Origin: Chthoniobacterales bacterium
GTDB lineage: Bacteria > Verrucomicrobiota > Verrucomicrobiia > Chthoniobacterales > Chthoniobacteraceae
Length of the DNA: 64,000 bases
Reading direction: 5' to 3'
Assembly (NCBI GenBank): GCA_038207335.1
Contig: JBBQZX010000001.1
Span: 192,001-256,000, forward strand
Part shown: positions 62,183 to 64,000 of the stretch, one piece after another
Layout of the letters: each line of letters starts with the position of its first letter
How positions within the stretch are numbered: position 1 is the stretch's first letter
Made by a program: the position numbers and the translations under genes
The notes under the pieces: model-generated
The model's database searches: none
Told to the model about the DNA's origin: nothing
What the model saw: only the letters and a program-made list of their open reading frames with translations

Positions 62183-63196
62183 CTACCGCCCGAAGAACCC
62201 TCGCAGCTCCGCTCGGAATTTTTCCGCTTCCTCGAGATGCACGATGTGGTCGGAGCGCTCGAACCAGATTAGCCGCTTCCCATGCGGTGCGCGGAGTTTT
62301 GCGAAATAGTCCGCGCCGAGCGTCGGACTTAGGACAGTGTCGCGGCGGCCGAGGAAAAACGCGACCGGCACGTCGATTTGCGGTACCTCGTATTCGAGAT
62401 CGTGGCTCCACGCATCGTGCTCCAGCGCGTGTCCGGAAAACTTGATCCCGCGCAGCGTGTCGAGGTCGTCCGCAAGCGAGTAATACGGCGATTGCAGCCC
62501 GAGCCAAATGTATCGCGAGAGCGTCATCTCGTGCTTCACCGGCGGCTGAACAGCTTTCGTGATCTTGTTCACTTCGCGTTCGAGTTTCCGCGTGGCATAC
62601 GGCGGCTCGCCGATCTCGTGGAGCCGCTCCGCGACGTTTTGAAAGCCCCGCGCCTCGGCCACCGCGATGCCCTCGCGATGCAGCAGGAGCTCCGAGTGCG
62701 GCACACTCACGAGCTGCGAGATGCCGATGTATCCGCGATACAGCTCCGGCACCCGGTGCAGCGTTTCGACTGCGACAAGGGTGCCCCACGAAAAGCCGAC
62801 GAGGTCGATCTTCTTCTGCCCGAATCGTCGCATGAGCAGCCGCGTCAACTGCTCCGCATCGCGTGAGATTTTTGCGAGGCTCATTTCGCTGAGCGGGATG
62901 CCGGGATCGAACGATTTACCCGCGCCGCGCTGGTCCCAATACACCATTGTGAAGTCGCTCTCGAGTTCTGCGTTGTAGTGCGAGAACGGCATTTCCGGCA
63001 GGCCCGGACCGCCGTGGATGAAGAGCAGCACAGGATTTGCGGCATTTCGACCGCGGATGAAAATGGTCTGCTCTCTGCCGCCGAGATTCACCTTTTCCTC
63101 GCACGAAATGCCGGGTGCCGCGAGCGGTGGCTGCTTCGTCGTCACGCATCCGATAAGAAAAGTCGCTGCGATAAGCGCGATCGGGCGGAGGTTCAT
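62183..63196 (-). CDS. alpha/beta hydrolase lipoprotein (proline iminopeptidase-like)
   Basis: Lipobox LIGC, HGGPG, WDQRGAGKS, GFSWG, FERSDH; ATG at 63196. Confidence 0.85.
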   Translation of the reverse strand: MNLRPIALIAATFLIGCVTTKQPPLAAPGISCEEKVNLGGREQTIFIRGRNAANPVLLFIHGGPGLPEMPFSHYNAELESDFTMVYWDQRGAGKSFDPGIPLSEMSLAKISRDAEQLTRLLMRRFGQKKIDLVGFSWGTLVAVETLHRVPELYRGYIGISQLVSVPHSELLLHREGIAVAEARGFQNVAERLHEIGEPPYATRKLEREVNKITKAVQPPVKHEMTLSRYIWLGLQSPYYSLADDLDTLRGIKFSGHALEHDAWSHDLEYEVPQIDVPVAFFLGRRDTVLSPTLGADYFAKLRAPHGKRLIWFERSDHIVHLEEAEKFRAELRGFFGR

Positions 63197-64000
63197 TTCG
63201 ATGTTTGGTAGCGCGCGAGGAAGGCGCGATCGATGCGATCTTTCAGCCAAAACGAAGCGCGCCCGAGCCAGTGAAATCCACGCCAGCGGGCGAGTCCAAT
63301 GCCGCTGCCGAGATTGAGGATGAGGAGACAATGGGCTTGCGGATGAAACTCGCGGAGCGGATCGCCCGAGAGAGTCGCGAGTAGATTGTGGAAGATCACG
63401 GGCGCTTGCCGGATGGCATAAACGCCGACTTTTGACAGGTCGCGGTCGCGCATTTTCACGCAGTCGCCGCCGCCAAAGATGCGGTCGTCGCCGGTCGAAC
63501 AGAGGTGATGGTCGATGAGCAGCTCGCAGCGGTCGCTGACCGGCAGCCCTGTCTCCGTGAGTATTCGCGGCGGATGAAGTCCCGTGGCATTGACGAGAAA
63601 ATCGAACGGCACGCGGTCTCCGCGCGTGGTGACCGCGTGACGATCCTCGATGCGTGTGACGCCGGAATCGAGTTGCACGGCGATCTCGTGTTTTGCCAGC
63701 CAACGCTCCAGCGTGCGGGCACCGCCTTTTGAAAACCCCGAGAGCAGTCGCTTGCCTCGCGCGAGAATTGTGATCTCCGCGCGCTCACCGAGCAGCGCGC
63801 GGACATTCGCCGCGATCTCGGAGCCGGACGCGCCGCCGCCCGCGATGACTACGCGCGGCGAGCCGGGCGCGGCTTCGAGTTCGCGGCGCAGGCGCGCGAG
63901 TTCGTGGAGCGGCTTGATCGGGAAGACGCGATCGGTCGCGCCGGGGATCGCGTGGACTTCGCTGCCGAGATTGAGCGACAGGACGTCGTAGGAAAGTGAC
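63193..64000 (-). CDS. FAD-dependent pyridine nucleotide-disulfide oxidoreductase (SelD N-terminal-like), 5' end outside the window
   Basis: Frame is open to the window edge: YDVLSLNLGS, PIKP, VIAGGGASGSEIA, FGGGDC, KVGVYAIRQAP, WLKDRIDRAF. Confidence 0.85.
   Translation of the reverse strand, partial: SLSYDVLSLNLGSEVHAIPGATDRVFPIKPLHELARLRRELEAAPGSPRVVIAGGGASGSEIAANVRALLGERAEITILARGKRLLSGFSKGGARTLERWLAKHEIAVQLDSGVTRIEDRHAVTTRGDRVPFDFLVNATGLHPPRILTETGLPVSDRCELLIDHHLCSTGDDRIFGGGDCVKMRDRDLSKVGVYAIRQAPVIFHNLLATLSGDPLREFHPQAHCLLILNLGSGIGLARWRGFHWLGRASFWLKDRIDRAFLARYQTSK

Noticed and set aside
63197..63703. N-terminal extension of the 506-aa hydrolase ORF
   Set aside because: It overlaps the FAD oxidoreductase in another frame; the lipoprotein signal begins at ATG 63196

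Overview
High-GC bacterial chromosomal segment with about 56 protein-coding genes. No rRNA, tRNA, CRISPR array or transposase was seen. Gene content and style (double-length UvrA, ilvE-mcsA, lamin-tail/CotH giant protein, kinase-FGE protein) suggest Verrucomicrobiota, probably Chthoniobacter-like; this is an inference. Much of it is housekeeping (ilvE, uvrA, rsmB, ugd, nadE, adk-like, fmt, nadD, rsfS, glyA). Highlights: (1) an arsenic methylation/arsenosugar-type operon (GT2, ArsM-like, ArsS-like, DUF547) carrying an extra radical SAM enzyme that resembles the COG1964/tetraether-synthase family; (2) a single ORF fusing an ECF-sigma-like domain, a Ser/Thr kinase, a TM helix and an FGE domain, with Thr in place of the DAED acidic residue; (3) an orphan Pup/UBact-type ligase ending an ECF/anti-sigma operon; (4) a triple LMW-phosphatase-RpiB-GlyA fusion; (5) probable AUU and CUG start codons; (6) heptamer repeat arrays, one lying in frame in the UvrA linker; (7) kilobase-scale G/C skew patches that ignore gene orientation. 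Family assignments come from motifs recognised by eye; no database search was run.
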